Shown: piece after piece, positions 1 to 12,908 of the stretch
How the letters are laid out: each line of letters opens with the position of its first letter
Numbering within the stretch: position 1 is the stretch's first letter
Source: Candidatus Eiseniibacteriota bacterium
GTDB lineage: Bacteria; Eisenbacteria; RBG-16-71-46; JABDJR01
Reading direction: 5' to 3'
Length of the DNA: 64,000 bases
Assembly (NCBI GenBank): GCA_963783375.1
Contig: CAWANH010000028.1
Coordinates: forward strand, 1,408,001 to 1,472,000
Made by a program: the position numbers and the translations under genes
The notes under the pieces: model-generated
What the model was told of the DNA's origin: nothing
Databases searched by the model: none
The model's input: the letters and a program-made list of their open reading frames with translations, nothing else

Positions 1-398
1 GCCCGGGTGAGCGCGAAGGGCCCCCGGAGGTTGACCGCCATCACCAGGTCGAAGCGCTTCATGGGGGTGTCGAGCACCGGGGTCCACCACAGCGCCCCGG
101 CGTTGTTGACCAGGACGTCGATCCGCCCGTACTCGTGCATGACGGTCCGGACCAGGCTCTCGATGTCGGCATCGATTCGAAGATCCAGCCGGACCGGAAG
201 CGCCTCGCCCCCGGCGTCCTGGATCTCCTCGGCCACCGAGTGAATGGAGCCGGGGAGCTTCTCGCGGGAGCGCTCGCTCTTGGCCGCCACGACCACCCGC
301 GCCCCTTCCCGGGCCAGGGTGAGGGCCACCGCCCGGCCGATGCCCCGGCTCGCTCCGGTCACCACCGCCACCTGGCCGTCCAGTCGTCGGGTGCTCAC
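1..398 (-). CDS. SDR family oxidoreductase (HSDL2-like), runs off the window start
   Basis: Manual translation from GTG at 398 (GGAGGAG RBS): MSTRRLDGQVAVVTGASRGIG...DVLVNNAG; TGxxxGIG and NNAG motifs. Confidence 0.9.
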   Translation of the reverse strand, partial: MSTRRLDGQVAVVTGASRGIGRAVALTLAREGARVVVAAKSERSREKLPGSIHSVAEEIQDAGGEALPVRLDLRIDADIESLVRTVMHEYGRIDVLVNNAGALWWTPVLDTPMKRFDLVMAVNLRGPFALTR

Positions 399-426
399 GG
401 GATCTCCTCCGGGCCGGCGGGTCTTC

Positions 427-1647
427 CTACCGCTTCCGCGGCTTTCGTCCGAAGGTGGGGCGCGCAGGCTTGGCCCCCGGCTCCACCCGCTCGGTCTTCT
501 CCGGTCGCGGGGTGTAGAGGGAGAGGATGACCGGCGCGCCGTCGTATTCCTTGCGGGGCAGGCGATGGCCCACCGCGATCTCGATCTTCTCCAGGGCGGA
601 GTGATCGGTGGGGCACGCGAAGGTGATGGCGTCCCCCTCGGCGTCGGCCCGTGCGGTGCGGCCGATCCGGTGGAGGTAGTCGTCGGCGCTGGGGGGAATG
701 TCGTAGTTGATGATGTGGGATACGCCCTCGATGTCGAGACCCCGGGCGGCGATGTCGGTGGCCACCAGGATCTTGAACTCCCCGTTCCGGAACCCGTCCA
801 ACGCTTCTTCGCGCTGGATCTGGGAGCGATCCCCGTGGATCTCGCCCACGCTGTAGTTCGCCTTGTGCAGGGCGCGGGCCAGCCGCTCGGTGCGGATCCG
901 GGTATGGAGGAAGATCACCGCGGAGTGGATCTCCTCCTCCTCCAGGATCTTGAACAGGAGGGTCATCTTGTCTTCCGGACGGACCGGATAGAGGATCTGG
1001 TGGACGCTGTCCACCGGCTTCCTCACGTGGCCCACTCGAACCCGGACCGGGTCCTTGAGCATGCGGTCGGCCAGGTAGGCGATCTCCTCGGGGAAAGTGG
1101 CCGAGAACATCAGGGTCTGCCGCATCTTGGGGAGCTTCCGCATGATGCGCTGGATGTCGGGGAGGAAGCCCATGTCGAGCATCCGGTCCGCCTCGTCCAG
1201 GACCAGGATCATGAGGTTCTCGAAGCGGATGTTCCCCCGGCCCATGTGGTCCAGGAGCCGTCCGGGGGTGGCCACGGTCACCGCGCGGCCCTGCTTCAGG
1301 GCCTGCTTCTGCTTGTCGAGGCTCACCCCGCCGTAGACCGCGACGCTACCGATCCCCAGAGGTCTTCCGACCTCCTCGATCACCCGCTCCACCTGGACCG
1401 CCAGCTCGCGGGTGGGGACCAGGACCAGCATGGAGTTTCTCTGAATACTTCCTTGGGCCAGCCGGGAGAGGCTCGGGAGGACATAGGCCAGGGTTTTCCC
1501 GGTCCCGGTCTGGGCCAGACCGATCACGTCGGTTCCTTCCAGGGCATGGGGGATGGCCTGCTCCTGGATCGGGGTGGGGGTGGTGATTCCCATCTGTTCG
1601 ATGACCTGCAGCTGGCGCGGGTCCAATCCAAAGGAATCAAAGGACAT
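427..1647 (-). CDS. DEAD-box RNA helicase (RhlE-like)
   Basis: Q motif, AQTGTGKT, PTRELA, DEAD, SAT, ARGLD, HRIGRTAR. Confidence 0.95.
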   Translation of the reverse strand: MSFDSFGLDPRQLQVIEQMGITTPTPIQEQAIPHALEGTDVIGLAQTGTGKTLAYVLPSLSRLAQGSIQRNSMLVLVPTRELAVQVERVIEEVGRPLGIGSVAVYGGVSLDKQKQALKQGRAVTVATPGRLLDHMGRGNIRFENLMILVLDEADRMLDMGFLPDIQRIMRKLPKMRQTLMFSATFPEEIAYLADRMLKDPVRVRVGHVRKPVDSVHQILYPVRPEDKMTLLFKILEEEEIHSAVIFLHTRIRTERLARALHKANYSVGEIHGDRSQIQREEALDGFRNGEFKILVATDIAARGLDIEGVSHIINYDIPPSADDYLHRIGRTARADAEGDAITFACPTDHSALEKIEIAVGHRLPRKEYDGAPVILSLYTPRPEKTERVEPGAKPARPTFGRKPRKR

Positions 1648-1865
1648 AGAGGGACCTTGGGACTCTCTCTGGGAGAGCGTGGTTTCTGACATGTTGTTTG
1701 ATTTCAGTGTTGGTACTCAAGGGGATCAGGATGACGGATAACGGGGTCTCGAGGACGTTCCTCGGGTTCCGAGATTGCCGATATGACGCGATAGAGTTTA
1801 CGCCTTCGGAACCCCTTGTGCAATGGCCACTTCCCCTATTGGAAAACCGCCTTCAGAATAGCCCC

Positions 1866-2789
1866 ATGGCCGAATCCTCCCGAAAAGCGGTACTCGCGGC
1901 GATCGTGTCCAACCTCGCCATCGCGGTGACCAAGTTCGTGGCCGCCGGGATGACCGGAAGCTCGGCCATGCTCTCCGAAGGGATCCACTCGGTGGTGGAC
2001 ACCGGAAACGGCGCGCTGCTCCTTCTGGGCATGCGGCGGAGCCGGAAGCGTCCGGATGATCTCCACCCCTTCGGCTACGGCCAGGAGCTCTACTTCTGGA
2101 CCCTGGTGGTGGCCATCCTCATCTTCGCCCTCGGCGGCGGGATGTCGGCCTACGAAGGCATCAAGCACCTCCACGAGACCGGCGCGGAGATGCGGGACCC
2201 CCGGGTGAACTACATCGTCCTCGGCCTCTCGTTTCTCTTCGAAGGTGTCTCGTGGGTGGTGGCGGTCCGGGGGTTCCTCAGGGTCAAGGGCCGGCGGACG
2301 ATCTGGCGGGAGGTGCGCGCGAGCAAGGACCCGACCACCTTCGCCGTGGTCTTCGAGGATTCGGCCGCCCTCCTGGGGCTCATCGTGGCCTTCCTCGGCA
2401 TCTTCCTCAGCCACCGGCTCGACGCGCCGTATCTGGACGGCTGCGCCTCGATCGTGATCGGGCTGATCCTGGCGGTGGTGGCGGTGGTGCTGGCGGTGGA
2501 GTCCAAGGGTCTCCTGGTGGGGGAGAGCGCGGACCTCGAGGTCGTGGCCTCGATCCGGCGGATCGCCTCCGGCCACGACGGCGTGGAGCGGGTGCTGGAA
2601 GTGCTGACCCTCCACCTCGGGCCGGAAGACGTGCTCCTGAACCTCGACGTGCAATTCCGGCGGGGACTGGCCGCCTCGGACGTGGAGCGGGTGGTGGACG
2701 AGCTCGAGGAGGCGGTGCGGGCGGCCCACCCCGAGGTCCGGCGCATCTTCATCGAGGCCCAGGCCATCGCGCGGCGGGAGGGCAGATAG
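1866..2789 (+). CDS. Cation diffusion facilitator family transporter
   Basis: SEGIHSVVD, HPFGYG, about 6 TM helices, C-terminal dimerisation domain. Confidence 0.92.
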   Translation: MAESSRKAVLAAIVSNLAIAVTKFVAAGMTGSSAMLSEGIHSVVDTGNGALLLLGMRRSRKRPDDLHPFGYGQELYFWTLVVAILIFALGGGMSAYEGIKHLHETGAEMRDPRVNYIVLGLSFLFEGVSWVVAVRGFLRVKGRRTIWREVRASKDPTTFAVVFEDSAALLGLIVAFLGIFLSHRLDAPYLDGCASIVIGLILAVVAVVLAVESKGLLVGESADLEVVASIRRIASGHDGVERVLEVLTLHLGPEDVLLNLDVQFRRGLAASDVERVVDELEEAVRAAHPEVRRIFIEAQAIARREGR

Positions 2790-2858
2790 GGGTCGAGCCC
2801 CGGAACTCCTTCCGGCCGCGACCGTTCTCCGCGGCGACCGGCCGGTGATCGACGCGGC

Positions 2859-4538
<1,680 letters not shown>

Positions 4539-4595
4539 GGTTGAAGCTCCGTGTGGGTTGAAGAGGAGCGAAGGAGAATACCGGACGCGCGGGCT

Positions 4596-5507
4596 TCAGT
4601 CCACCCAGGGGGAGGTCGGGGGGGTGAGGAGCCACGCCAGCACCGCACCGAACGCCACCCCGGCCAGCTCCGCCCGCCAGGCGAGGCCTCGGCGGGCGCC
4701 CGCCGGGGCGGGGCCCTGGTGAAGGAGGGTGACGGCCACCCCCGCGGCGCCCCCGATCGCCGTCCCCGCCGCCACGTCGGTGGGGAAGTGGACCTCGGAA
4801 TCCACCCGGAGGATGGAGGTGGCGGTGGCGAGCCCGCCTCCCACCGCTCCCGCCGCGAAGTGGACCGGCCAGGGCAACTCCGGCCGCCGGGTGGCCAGGA
4901 ACCCCACGCCGGTCATCGCCGAGGCCCAGGCCGCGGCGGCGTGTCCGGAGGGAAAGGAGCGGAAGGCGTCCTCGGCCCCGACCTGGTAGGCGGCGCTCCC
5001 GGGGCGCCGGTCGGCCGGAAGGTAGGTGTAGGGCCGCGGCCGGGACACCGCGTTCTTGAGGATCAACGTCGCTCCCCCGGCCAGAAGCCCCGCCTCCAGG
5101 TGGTTCCGCGCCACCTCGGACTCGTTCTCCCAGAACCCGCGGCCGCAGTTCAGGGCCAGGGCGGCGGCTTCGGGATAGACCAGGGAGCCGGCGAGAAACG
5201 CGTCGGCGCCGGTGACCGCGCGGGTGGAAGGGCGCCGGAGGGCCCGGCGGTCCCAGCCGATCCCGATGTCCGCCCGGTCAAGACCGGCGGGGGGAACGTC
5301 CCTCAGCCGCGGGGAAAGCAGGAACTCCCCGGTCGCCGTGGCCGCCCCTCCGAGGCCGGCCAGCACCCAGTCCCGCCGCTCCACCAGGGAGCGGGCGGTG
5401 TCGGGGGAAGCGGGCGCCGCCGCCCGCGCCGGCGCGGCGAGGACCAGCGCAATCAGGATGAGGACGAGCGCGGAGATCGAGGAGCGGTTCAAGCGAGGGG
5501 CCTCCAC
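4596..5507 (-). CDS. PAP2 family phosphatase
   Basis: KxxxxRPRP, SFPSGH and RxxxxxHFPTD motifs; signal-like N-terminus. Confidence 0.85.
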   Translation of the reverse strand: MEAPRLNRSSISALVLILIALVLAAPARAAAPASPDTARSLVERRDWVLAGLGGAATATGEFLLSPRLRDVPPAGLDRADIGIGWDRRALRRPSTRAVTGADAFLAGSLVYPEAAALALNCGRGFWENESEVARNHLEAGLLAGGATLILKNAVSRPRPYTYLPADRRPGSAAYQVGAEDAFRSFPSGHAAAAWASAMTGVGFLATRRPELPWPVHFAAGAVGGGLATATSILRVDSEVHFPTDVAAGTAIGGAAGVAVTLLHQGPAPAGARRGLAWRAELAGVAFGAVLAWLLTPPTSPWVD

Positions 5508-5709
5508 AGCCGGTGGTTAGAGGACGAGCGATCATAGCCCACGCTCCGAGGGCCCGCCCACCTCCGGCCGACGACCGGTCGTGCGCGGGAGCGGGCGCAC
5601 GCTTCGCCACACCCCGGACGGCGTCGCGGGACCCTGGATTCGCGACGGGGGTCGGATGGTAGTACCCTTCAGGGGGAGGGCGGCAAACAATCGACAAGGA
5701 GAGACAATC

Positions 5710-6480
5710 ATGACGCGGCACCTCAAGACTTCACTCATCCTTCTGGCCGGAGCGGCCCTCGTGGTCCCCGGAACGGCGGCGCGGGCCCAGAGCCCCAAGC
5801 TCGAGCAGCAACAACAGGACTTCGAACCGTCCACCCAGCGCGACCGGGACACCTTCAACGGTGGGTTCATGACCCTCGACCAGGGGCTCTGGGAAGCGCT
5901 CTCCGACAAGCCCCAGGACGAGTTCCGGAACGCTCTCGACGACTTCGCCGCCGGGAAGAGCCACGAGATGGCGGGAAGCATCTACAACGCGGCCGCGGTC
6001 ACCCGACTGGCCGCCACGCGCGCCCTTCCCGAGCCGAAGAAGCGCCTGGTGGCCTCGCTCTTCGAGCTCAAGGACCTGGCCGAGCGGGCGGAGAAGGGAA
6101 AGATCGACTCCCGGGACCAGCTGATCCATCCCTTCGGCCGGACCCTGGCCGCCCTCTCCCAGTACTACGCGGCCCGGGCCGAGGAGGAGTGGACCCAGGG
6201 GAAGGCGGGAGACGCCGGGAAGTCGCTGGCCTCGGGGGTCAAGGATCTCGAACACGCTTTCGCCTGGGCGGGGTACCAGCCGGACCCCGATGAATCCAGC
6301 CAGGTCGAGGCCGCCCGCACCACCGCCACCCGGCTCAGCACCACCAAGGACTACGATCGAACCCAGGTAAACCACGCCCTGGCCGCGTTCACCGGGTTCG
6401 TCCGCGACTACACCGACGGCATCTGGAAAGGGGTTCCGGACCTGACCCCGGCCGAGACGGGGAAGCCGAAGCAATCCTAG
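5710..6480 (+). CDS. Secreted helical hypothetical protein
   Basis: AAGGAG RBS, signal peptide (ARA-Q), helical charged body. Confidence 0.7.
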   Translation: MTRHLKTSLILLAGAALVVPGTAARAQSPKLEQQQQDFEPSTQRDRDTFNGGFMTLDQGLWEALSDKPQDEFRNALDDFAAGKSHEMAGSIYNAAAVTRLAATRALPEPKKRLVASLFELKDLAERAEKGKIDSRDQLIHPFGRTLAALSQYYAARAEEEWTQGKAGDAGKSLASGVKDLEHAFAWAGYQPDPDESSQVEAARTTATRLSTTKDYDRTQVNHALAAFTGFVRDYTDGIWKGVPDLTPAETGKPKQS

Positions 6481-6498
6481 AACACTGGAGGAGGACGG

Positions 6499-7539
6499 AT
6501 GCGATACCGGATCCTGGGACGAAGCGGGCTTCGGGTGTCGGAGCTGGCGTTGGGGACCATGACCTTCGGGGAGGATTGGGGATGGGGGGCCTCCCGCGAG
6601 GAGTCCCGCCTCATCTTCGACGCCTTCGCCGAGGCCGGCGGGAACTTCATCGACACCGCGATCAACTACACCAACGGGACCTCGGAACGGTTCGTGGGAG
6701 AGTTCCTGGCCTCGGACCGGGACCACTTCGTCCTGGCCACCAAGTTCACCCTCTCCACCCGGCCCGACGACCTGAATTTCAGCGGTAACCACCGGAAGAA
6801 CCTCCGGCGGTCGGTGGAGCGGAGCCTGGACAGCCTTCGCACCGACTACATCGATCTTCTATGGCTCCACATGTGGGACTACACCACCCCGATCGAGGAG
6901 ATCATGCGGGGGCTCGACGACCTGGTGCGCTCGGGGAAGGTGCTTCACGTCGGGGTGTCGGATACCCCGGCCTGGGTGATCGCCCGGGCCAACACCCAGG
7001 CCGAGCTTCGGGGCTGGTCTCCCTTCTGTGCGGTCCAGGTCCCTTACAGCCTGGCCCGCCGCGACGTGGAGCGGGAGATCCTCCCGGTGGCCAAGGCCTT
7101 CGACATGGCCGTCACTCCCTGGGGGCTCCTGGGGGGCGGGGTCCTGACCGGGAAGTACAACCGCGGCGGCGACGAGCCCAAACGGAGGGACCCGGCGGGG
7201 ATTCCCGAGGCGCAGCTGAAGCTGGCCGAGGAGGTGGTCCGGGTGGCCGGGGAAATCGACCGCTCCCCGGCCCAGGTCGCGGTCGACTGGGTGCGCCAGC
7301 AACAGGAGCGGGCCCCGATCGTCCCGATCCTGGGCGCCCGGAGCGTGAGCCAGCTCAAGGACAACCTGGGCTGCCTGGAGTTCGAGCTGGGCCCGGCCGA
7401 GCTGGAGCGCCTGGAGGCGGCCTCGGGGTTCGAGCCGGGATTCCCCCACGACTTCCTGGAATCCGAGAACATCCGGAAGCTCATCTACGGGGAGAACTTC
7501 GCGCTTCTGGACGATCCCCGGCGGGGGGAGCGGACCTAG
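6499..7539 (+). CDS. Aldo/keto reductase
   Basis: LGRSGLRVSELALGTMTFG, FIDTA.NY, ATK, DYIDLLWLH. Confidence 0.93.
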   Translation: MRYRILGRSGLRVSELALGTMTFGEDWGWGASREESRLIFDAFAEAGGNFIDTAINYTNGTSERFVGEFLASDRDHFVLATKFTLSTRPDDLNFSGNHRKNLRRSVERSLDSLRTDYIDLLWLHMWDYTTPIEEIMRGLDDLVRSGKVLHVGVSDTPAWVIARANTQAELRGWSPFCAVQVPYSLARRDVEREILPVAKAFDMAVTPWGLLGGGVLTGKYNRGGDEPKRRDPAGIPEAQLKLAEEVVRVAGEIDRSPAQVAVDWVRQQQERAPIVPILGARSVSQLKDNLGCLEFELGPAELERLEAASGFEPGFPHDFLESENIRKLIYGENFALLDDPRRGERT

Positions 7540-7653
7540 GCGCGCGCGGTCCGGGGACCGCCCCGGTCGCCTTTCCAAAAGCGAGAAGCGGTTTATCAGC
7601 GGTTTGTCGGTCGCCCCCGGCCCCGCTACACTCTGCGGCCGGAGGAAGCAACC

Positions 7654-9033
7654 ATGAGCGAACTCGGAACCGCCGCCCGGCCCCTGCGCGTGGCCGTGGT
7701 CGGAAGCGGTCCTGCCGGCTTCTACGCCGCCGAAGCCCTGTTCAAGTCGGAGAAGGTCGTGCACGTGGACATGTTCGACCGGCTCCCCACCCCTTTCGGG
7801 CTGGTGCGCGGAGGCGTGGCCCCCGACCATCAGAAGATCAAGAACGTCATCAAGGTCTACGATCGCATCGCCGCCGCCGACGGCTTCGCCTTCTTCGGGA
7901 ACGTCATGGTGGGACGGGACGTGGACGTCGAGACCTTGAAGCGCCACTACGACGCGATCATCTTCTCGAGCGGCGCCGAGACCGACCGGCGCCTGGGCAT
8001 TCCCGGCGAGGATCTCCCGGGAAGCCACACCGCCACCGAGTTCGTGGGGTGGTACAACGGGCACCCCGACTTCCGGAACCGAGAGTTCGACCTCTCCGCC
8101 GAGGTCGCCATGGTGATCGGCCAGGGGAACGTGGCCATGGACGTGAGCCGCATCCTGGCCAAGACGGTGAAGGAGCTCGAGGACTCCGACATCGCCGGCC
8201 ACGCCCTGGAGGCCCTCTCGCGGAGCAAGGTGAAGCACGTGCACATGGTCGGGCGGCGCGGCCCCGCCCAGGCCAAGTTCACCCCGCCCGAGATCAAGGA
8301 AATCGGCGAGCTGGCGGACTGCGATCCGGTGGTGGACCCGGCCGACCTGGACCTCGACCCGGCCAGCCGCGCGGAGCTGGAGCTTCCCGACGCCAAGCTC
8401 AACCGGAAGAACGTGGAAACGCTCCAGGAGTACGCCGCCCGCCCCGCTCCCACCAAGAGCCGCCGCTATCACATCCGCTTCTTCCTGAGCCCGGTGGAGC
8501 TTAGGGGCGACGGTCGGGTGGAAGAGGTGGTGTTCGAGCGGAACGCGCTCAAGGGCGAGCCGGGGAACCTCTGGGCCGAGGGGACCGGCGAGCGCTTCGC
8601 CGAGCCCTGCGGCATCTTCTTCCGGAGCGTGGGGTATCGCGGGGTGGCGATCCCCGGCCTCCCCTTCAACGAGCGGAAGGGCATCATCCCGAGCCGCGAG
8701 AGCCGGGTGGTCGAGGGAGAGGTGGTGCTTCCCGGGATCTACGTGGCGGGTTGGATCAAGCGGGGCCCCTCCGGGGTGATCGGGACCAACAAGCCGTGCA
8801 GCTACGAGACGGTGGCCTCGCTTCTCGAAGACCTCCCCAGGCTCGAGCCCTGCCCGGTCCCCGACTCCGACGCGCTCCGCGGTCTCCTGGAGGCGGGCGG
8901 GGCGCATGTGGTGAGCTTCGACGACTGGCGGAAGCTGGACGCGGCCGAGATCGCCCGCGGAAAGGAGCGGGGGAAACCCCGGGAGAAGTTCGTGACCATC
9001 GAGGAGATGCTGGCCCACCTCGCCCAAGGCTGA
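7654..9033 (+). CDS. Ferredoxin-NADP+ reductase (adrenodoxin reductase/FprA-like)
   Basis: [43 protein letters not shown]. Confidence 0.92.
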   Translation: MSELGTAARPLRVAVVGSGPAGFYAAEALFKSEKVVHVDMFDRLPTPFGLVRGGVAPDHQKIKNVIKVYDRIAAADGFAFFGNVMVGRDVDVETLKRHYDAIIFSSGAETDRRLGIPGEDLPGSHTATEFVGWYNGHPDFRNREFDLSAEVAMVIGQGNVAMDVSRILAKTVKELEDSDIAGHALEALSRSKVKHVHMVGRRGPAQAKFTPPEIKEIGELADCDPVVDPADLDLDPASRAELELPDAKLNRKNVETLQEYAARPAPTKSRRYHIRFFLSPVELRGDGRVEEVVFERNALKGEPGNLWAEGTGERFAEPCGIFFRSVGYRGVAIPGLPFNERKGIIPSRESRVVEGEVVLPGIYVAGWIKRGPSGVIGTNKPCSYETVASLLEDLPRLEPCPVPDSDALRGLLEAGGAHVVSFDDWRKLDAAEIARGKERGKPREKFVTIEEMLAHLAQG

Positions 9034-9094
9034 TCGCCGCGGTCCGGCTCCGACCCCTTCACGCCCTGGCGATCCCCACGGGCAGGATGTCTCC

Positions 9095-10178
9095 ATGAGC
9101 GAACCGGTCTCCATCGAGCTGATCGAACGGGTGCGGGAGGCCGTTTCCCGCCACACCCGGCGGACGCGTGGAGAGAGGTTGCTATCATCCCGCATGTCGA
9201 ACCAAGCGCCGACGCTCCCACCTCGCCTGGTGAGAAGGTGCGGCCGACCGTCGACGCGGCGCCCGGCGCACCCCGCTCCTGCACAGTGAATGGCTCTCGG
9301 CGCTGGTCGGCGGGGAAGTTCGCCTGAAGTGCGAGAACCTCCAGGTGACGGGGTCCTTCAAGATCCGGGGCGCGATCGCGGCCCTGGCCGGGATGTCGCC
9401 GGAGGAACGCGCGCGGGGGGTGGTGGCCGCATCCGCCGGAAACCACGGCCTGGGGCTGGCCCGCGCGGCCTCGATCTTCGGCGTCCCCCTGACGGTGGTG
9501 GTCCCCCGCGGCGCCCCCCGGGTGAAGGCGGAGGGGATCGCCGATCTCGGCGCCCGCGTGCTCCGATCCCCTCACGACGGCTACGACGCGACCCATGCCT
9601 GGACCCTGGAACGCCTGGAGGAGTGGGGGGGCCGGTTCGTGTCGGCCTTCGAGGACCCGCCGATCATGGCCGGAAACGGCGGCACCACGTTCCTGGAGGT
9701 GCTGGAGGAGTTTCCCGACCCGGACGTGGTGATCGCTCCCTGCGGGGGGGGCGGGCTCTCGATCGGGATGGGGGTCGCGGCGCGCGCGCGAAGTCCCCGC
9801 ACCCGGATCGTGGGGGTGAACACCGACGCCTCGCCGGGGATGTGGCTCTCCCGCCGGGACGGCCGCGCCTACCTGGAGGTCGAGAGCCGGCCGACCATCG
9901 CCGAGGGCCTGGAGGGCGGGGTGGGGGAGCGGAGCTTCGCTCTGGGCCGGACCTACATCGACGACGTGATCCAGGTCCCCGAGGCCACGATTCGTCGCGC
10001 GGTGGTGGACGTCCTCCGTCACGAGCACGTGCTGGTGGAGGGCTCCGGCGCGGCCGGGGTCGCGGCGATCCTGGACGGCGCGGTGGATCTGGCCGGCCGG
10101 CGGGCGGTGGTGATCCTGAGCGGTGGGAACATCGATCCGCCGCTTCTCACGCAACTCCTCGCCGAGGCCTCGGAGTAG
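9095..10178 (+). pseudogene. Threonine/serine dehydratase, frame broken by a ~106-bp insert near the 5' end
   Basis: MSEPVSIE...RRT, then RRTPLLHSEWLS...KCENLQVTGSFKIRGA in another frame from 9264; SAGNH, GGGGL, LSGGN motifs. Confidence 0.8.
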
Positions 10179-10263
10179 CGGGCGCGGACGCCGCGGACCG
10201 GCGTTCCACCGGGGGGTCCGCTGGGACGTCCCCGCCCGCCATGAACCCTGCCCCCATGAAGAA

Positions 10264-10292
10264 GCGGGCCGCGGGATGAACCCGCGGCCCGC
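10264..10292. terminator. Hairpin between convergent genes
   Basis: GCGGGCCGCGGG-ATGAA-CCCGCGGCCCGC, perfect 12-bp stem. Confidence 0.6.
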
Positions 10293-10346
10293 CGTTCGTT
10301 CAACGCATCCGGTCCGGGCACGCTCCGGCGTCCCCGGCCCCGGAGT

Positions 10347-12908
10347 CTATTGGGTGAGCACCAGCTTCTGCACCGTGGTCTCCGAGCCGGCCTCGAGCCG
10401 GACCACGTAGAAGCCCGCGGCGGCCCGGCCGCCGGAGTCCAGACGACCGTTCCAGGTCGCGGTATGCGATCCCGCGCCCTGGATCTCGTCCACCAGCGTC
10501 GCCACCTTCCGGCCCTGGGCGTCGAAGATCGAGAGACGCACCGGGCTCGCCCCGGGGAGGCCGTAGGCGATGGAGGTGGAGAAGGTGAACGGGTTCGGCC
10601 GGCCCGGCGCCATGGTGAGCGCGCCCGGAACGGCCGAGGCCGCCTGGAGGGTGAGGGGGCCGTGCCACTCGATGCCGCCGGCGCGGCTGATCTCGGCCAG
10701 CCAGTAATCCACCCGGGCGGTGGGCGCGGAGGCGTCCACGAACTCGTAGTGGGTCTGCCCGGAGAGGAGGCCGGTGGAGATCATCTCCCGAGCGGCTCCG
10801 GGAAGCTGGCGGTAGACCTGGAACCCGGCATGGTCGACGGCTTCCGCCACCTCCCAGCTCAGCACCGCGCCGCGCGCGTCGCGCTGGACGGAGAACGCGG
10901 AGAGCTTGACCGGAACCGGGCACTCCACGGTGATCACCGCGGCGCAGGTATCCGAGCGCCCGCAGGCGTCGGTGGCGATCAGGAGCACGTTCGTGTTCCC
11001 GAGGGCGTAGGGCCCGGGGGGAATGAGGCTGAGGGTGAACGGGTCGCCGTCGGGATCGTAGCTCCCGTCATCCACGTCGGACGCGGTCACGTAGCGGGCG
11101 ATGCAGGAGACGGTGGAGTCCCCCATCACCACCACGTTCTTGCACAGGGCCACCGGCGGCGCGTTCAACTGGAACGCGCCCCAGCGGGTTCCCCACCGGC
11201 CGTATTCCCGCAGGGTGTCGGGAGGAGACGTGGTGATGCAGGCGGTGGGAGTGCCGCGGTTCAGGGCGTACTCGTTGAACACCCAGAACGTGCTCTGGTC
11301 GGCGGGATCCAGGGAGATGCCGCTGTAGTCCCCCCAACGGTTCCGCGACCCGCAGAAGGTCCGCCGGTAGCAGTCGGCGCCGGCGGCCAGGATTCCGCTG
11401 GACTGGACGGTGCCGGCGGCGTCGGTGACCCGGCGGCCGGTGTAGTAGGCGCCGGGGTGGATGGTCTGGTTCGATGCGGCGAACCCGAAGGCGAGGTTCC
11501 CGCACACGTCCACGTCCACCGACGGGAAGAAGGTCATCATGCCGGCGTCGATGTCCTCACCCCCGATGCTCCCCTGGTCGCTCAAGGCGATCGCCGCCAG
11601 GACCTGGGTGTTCATGTTCCACCAGTGCGCGGTGGCCTGGGCGGCGTCCACGCCCGCCGCGGGGCGGATGATGCTGGCCGCGTAGAGGTGGTTGTTCCTC
11701 CACACCACCGAGTAGGCCCGGCGGTCCCCGGTGTCCACCGGTGCGCTGGGGGGGAGCTCCTTGGGGTGGACGAGGCTGCAGCCCATCTGAGGGGCATCCG
11801 GCACGCCGATCCGGGCGTCCTCGATGTTCCCCACGAACACGAACTGCTGGCTGAAGCTCGGAGCGCCGAGGGGATTGTCCACCCGGGTGACGCTCACCGC
11901 CTCCTGGCCGGCGCCGGACCCGAGACCGAAGTCCTGGGACCAGCCCGCGCTCACCAGGAAGATGCCGTTTCCGGCCGGGTTGGGGCCGTACATGCGGCTG
12001 GGCATCTGGGTGAACTCGCCGGCGATGACCGACGGGTCGTAAACGTTCACCGAGGCCGCTCCGCCGGCGTAGAGGGGGTTCTTGTCGATGATCCAGAGGC
12101 GGGTGTCGGCGAAGTACCCCCGGTTCAATCCGCCCGGATCCTCCGAGGCGAAGTTGAACATGTTGGCGGTGATGTAGATGGCCTCGTCGTCCACCGCCAG
12201 GCCCGGATAGTCCGCCCAGTGGAGGAGGGGGACGCCGAAGGCGGTGCTGGTGATGGTCACCGCGCTGTTGACGGAGGTGTAGTACCACGTTCCGTTGGGG
12301 TCGCTGTCGTCGGAGACCGCCACCAGGATGTGCGAGGTGTTCGCGGCCGCCCCGAACGCGGTCTCGGTCTGGTCCAGGGCGATCGCCACGAAGCGGCCGC
12401 TGTACTGGTCGTAGATCACCTTGGGATCGAAGCAGGCGGTGAGGGGGCTCACCGGGGCGAAGAAGCTCGCCAGGTCGGTCCGGAACTGCTCGGTCCCGCC
12501 CTTGTCGAACGCCTGGATGATCGTGTTGACGATGTTGACCACGTGGCCCGGCCCCGCGGCTCCGTTCGGATCCGGGGGGATGAAGATGTAGCCGTTGAGC
12601 GGAATACTGGAGTCGAAGTTCACCCCCTCGATGGTGGTGAGGAGCGAGGGGGCGCCGGCCGGCGGCGCGGGAGGGGCGAGGTTGGGGATCTGGACCTCAA
12701 CCGCCCCCACCTCGGACTGGGCCGGGGGCGACGCGGCGAAGGCCTCCGGGTCGATCGAGGGGACGGGGGTCACCGAGGGCGCGGGATCGAGGGCGAAGGC
12801 CGGGGCCGCCGTGACGACCGCGAATACGAGGACCGCGAGGAGCCCGATCGCGACACGCGGTCGTGGGCCGGATCTGTGAGAGATTGGCAAGGCTAACCGG
12901 ATCGACAT
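10347..12908 (-). CDS. Large secreted protein with C-terminal FlgD-Ig/T9SS-like sorting domain
   Basis: Signal peptide; PPDPNGAAG...RWGDYSG domain; C-terminal PNPF...IFDAQGRKV...WNGR...GFYVVRL. Confidence 0.85.
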   Translation of the reverse strand: MSIRLALPISHRSGPRPRVAIGLLAVLVFAVVTAAPAFALDPAPSVTPVPSIDPEAFAASPPAQSEVGAVEVQIPNLAPPAPPAGAPSLLTTIEGVNFDSSIPLNGYIFIPPDPNGAAGPGHVVNIVNTIIQAFDKGGTEQFRTDLASFFAPVSPLTACFDPKVIYDQYSGRFVAIALDQTETAFGAAANTSHILVAVSDDSDPNGTWYYTSVNSAVTITSTAFGVPLLHWADYPGLAVDDEAIYITANMFNFASEDPGGLNRGYFADTRLWIIDKNPLYAGGAASVNVYDPSVIAGEFTQMPSRMYGPNPAGNGIFLVSAGWSQDFGLGSGAGQEAVSVTRVDNPLGAPSFSQQFVFVGNIEDARIGVPDAPQMGCSLVHPKELPPSAPVDTGDRRAYSVVWRNNHLYAASIIRPAAGVDAAQATAHWWNMNTQVLAAIALSDQGSIGGEDIDAGMMTFFPSVDVDVCGNLAFGFAASNQTIHPGAYYTGRRVTDAAGTVQSSGILAAGADCYRRTFCGSRNRWGDYSGISLDPADQSTFWVFNEYALNRGTPTACITTSPPDTLREYGRWGTRWGAFQLNAPPVALCKNVVVMGDSTVSCIARYVTASDVDDGSYDPDGDPFTLSLIPPGPYALGNTNVLLIATDACGRSDTCAAVITVECPVPVKLSAFSVQRDARGAVLSWEVAEAVDHAGFQVYRQLPGAAREMISTGLLSGQTHYEFVDASAPTARVDYWLAEISRAGGIEWHGPLTLQAASAVPGALTMAPGRPNPFTFSTSIAYGLPGASPVRLSIFDAQGRKVATLVDEIQGAGSHTATWNGRLDSGGRAAAGFYVVRLEAGSETTVQKLVLTQ

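Noticed and set aside
6859-12896. Long antisense and alternate-frame ORFs (e.g. 6859-9195, 10350-12896; also 48104-50620, 51519-54068)
   Set aside because: Shadows of real genes caused by high GC3; no motifs
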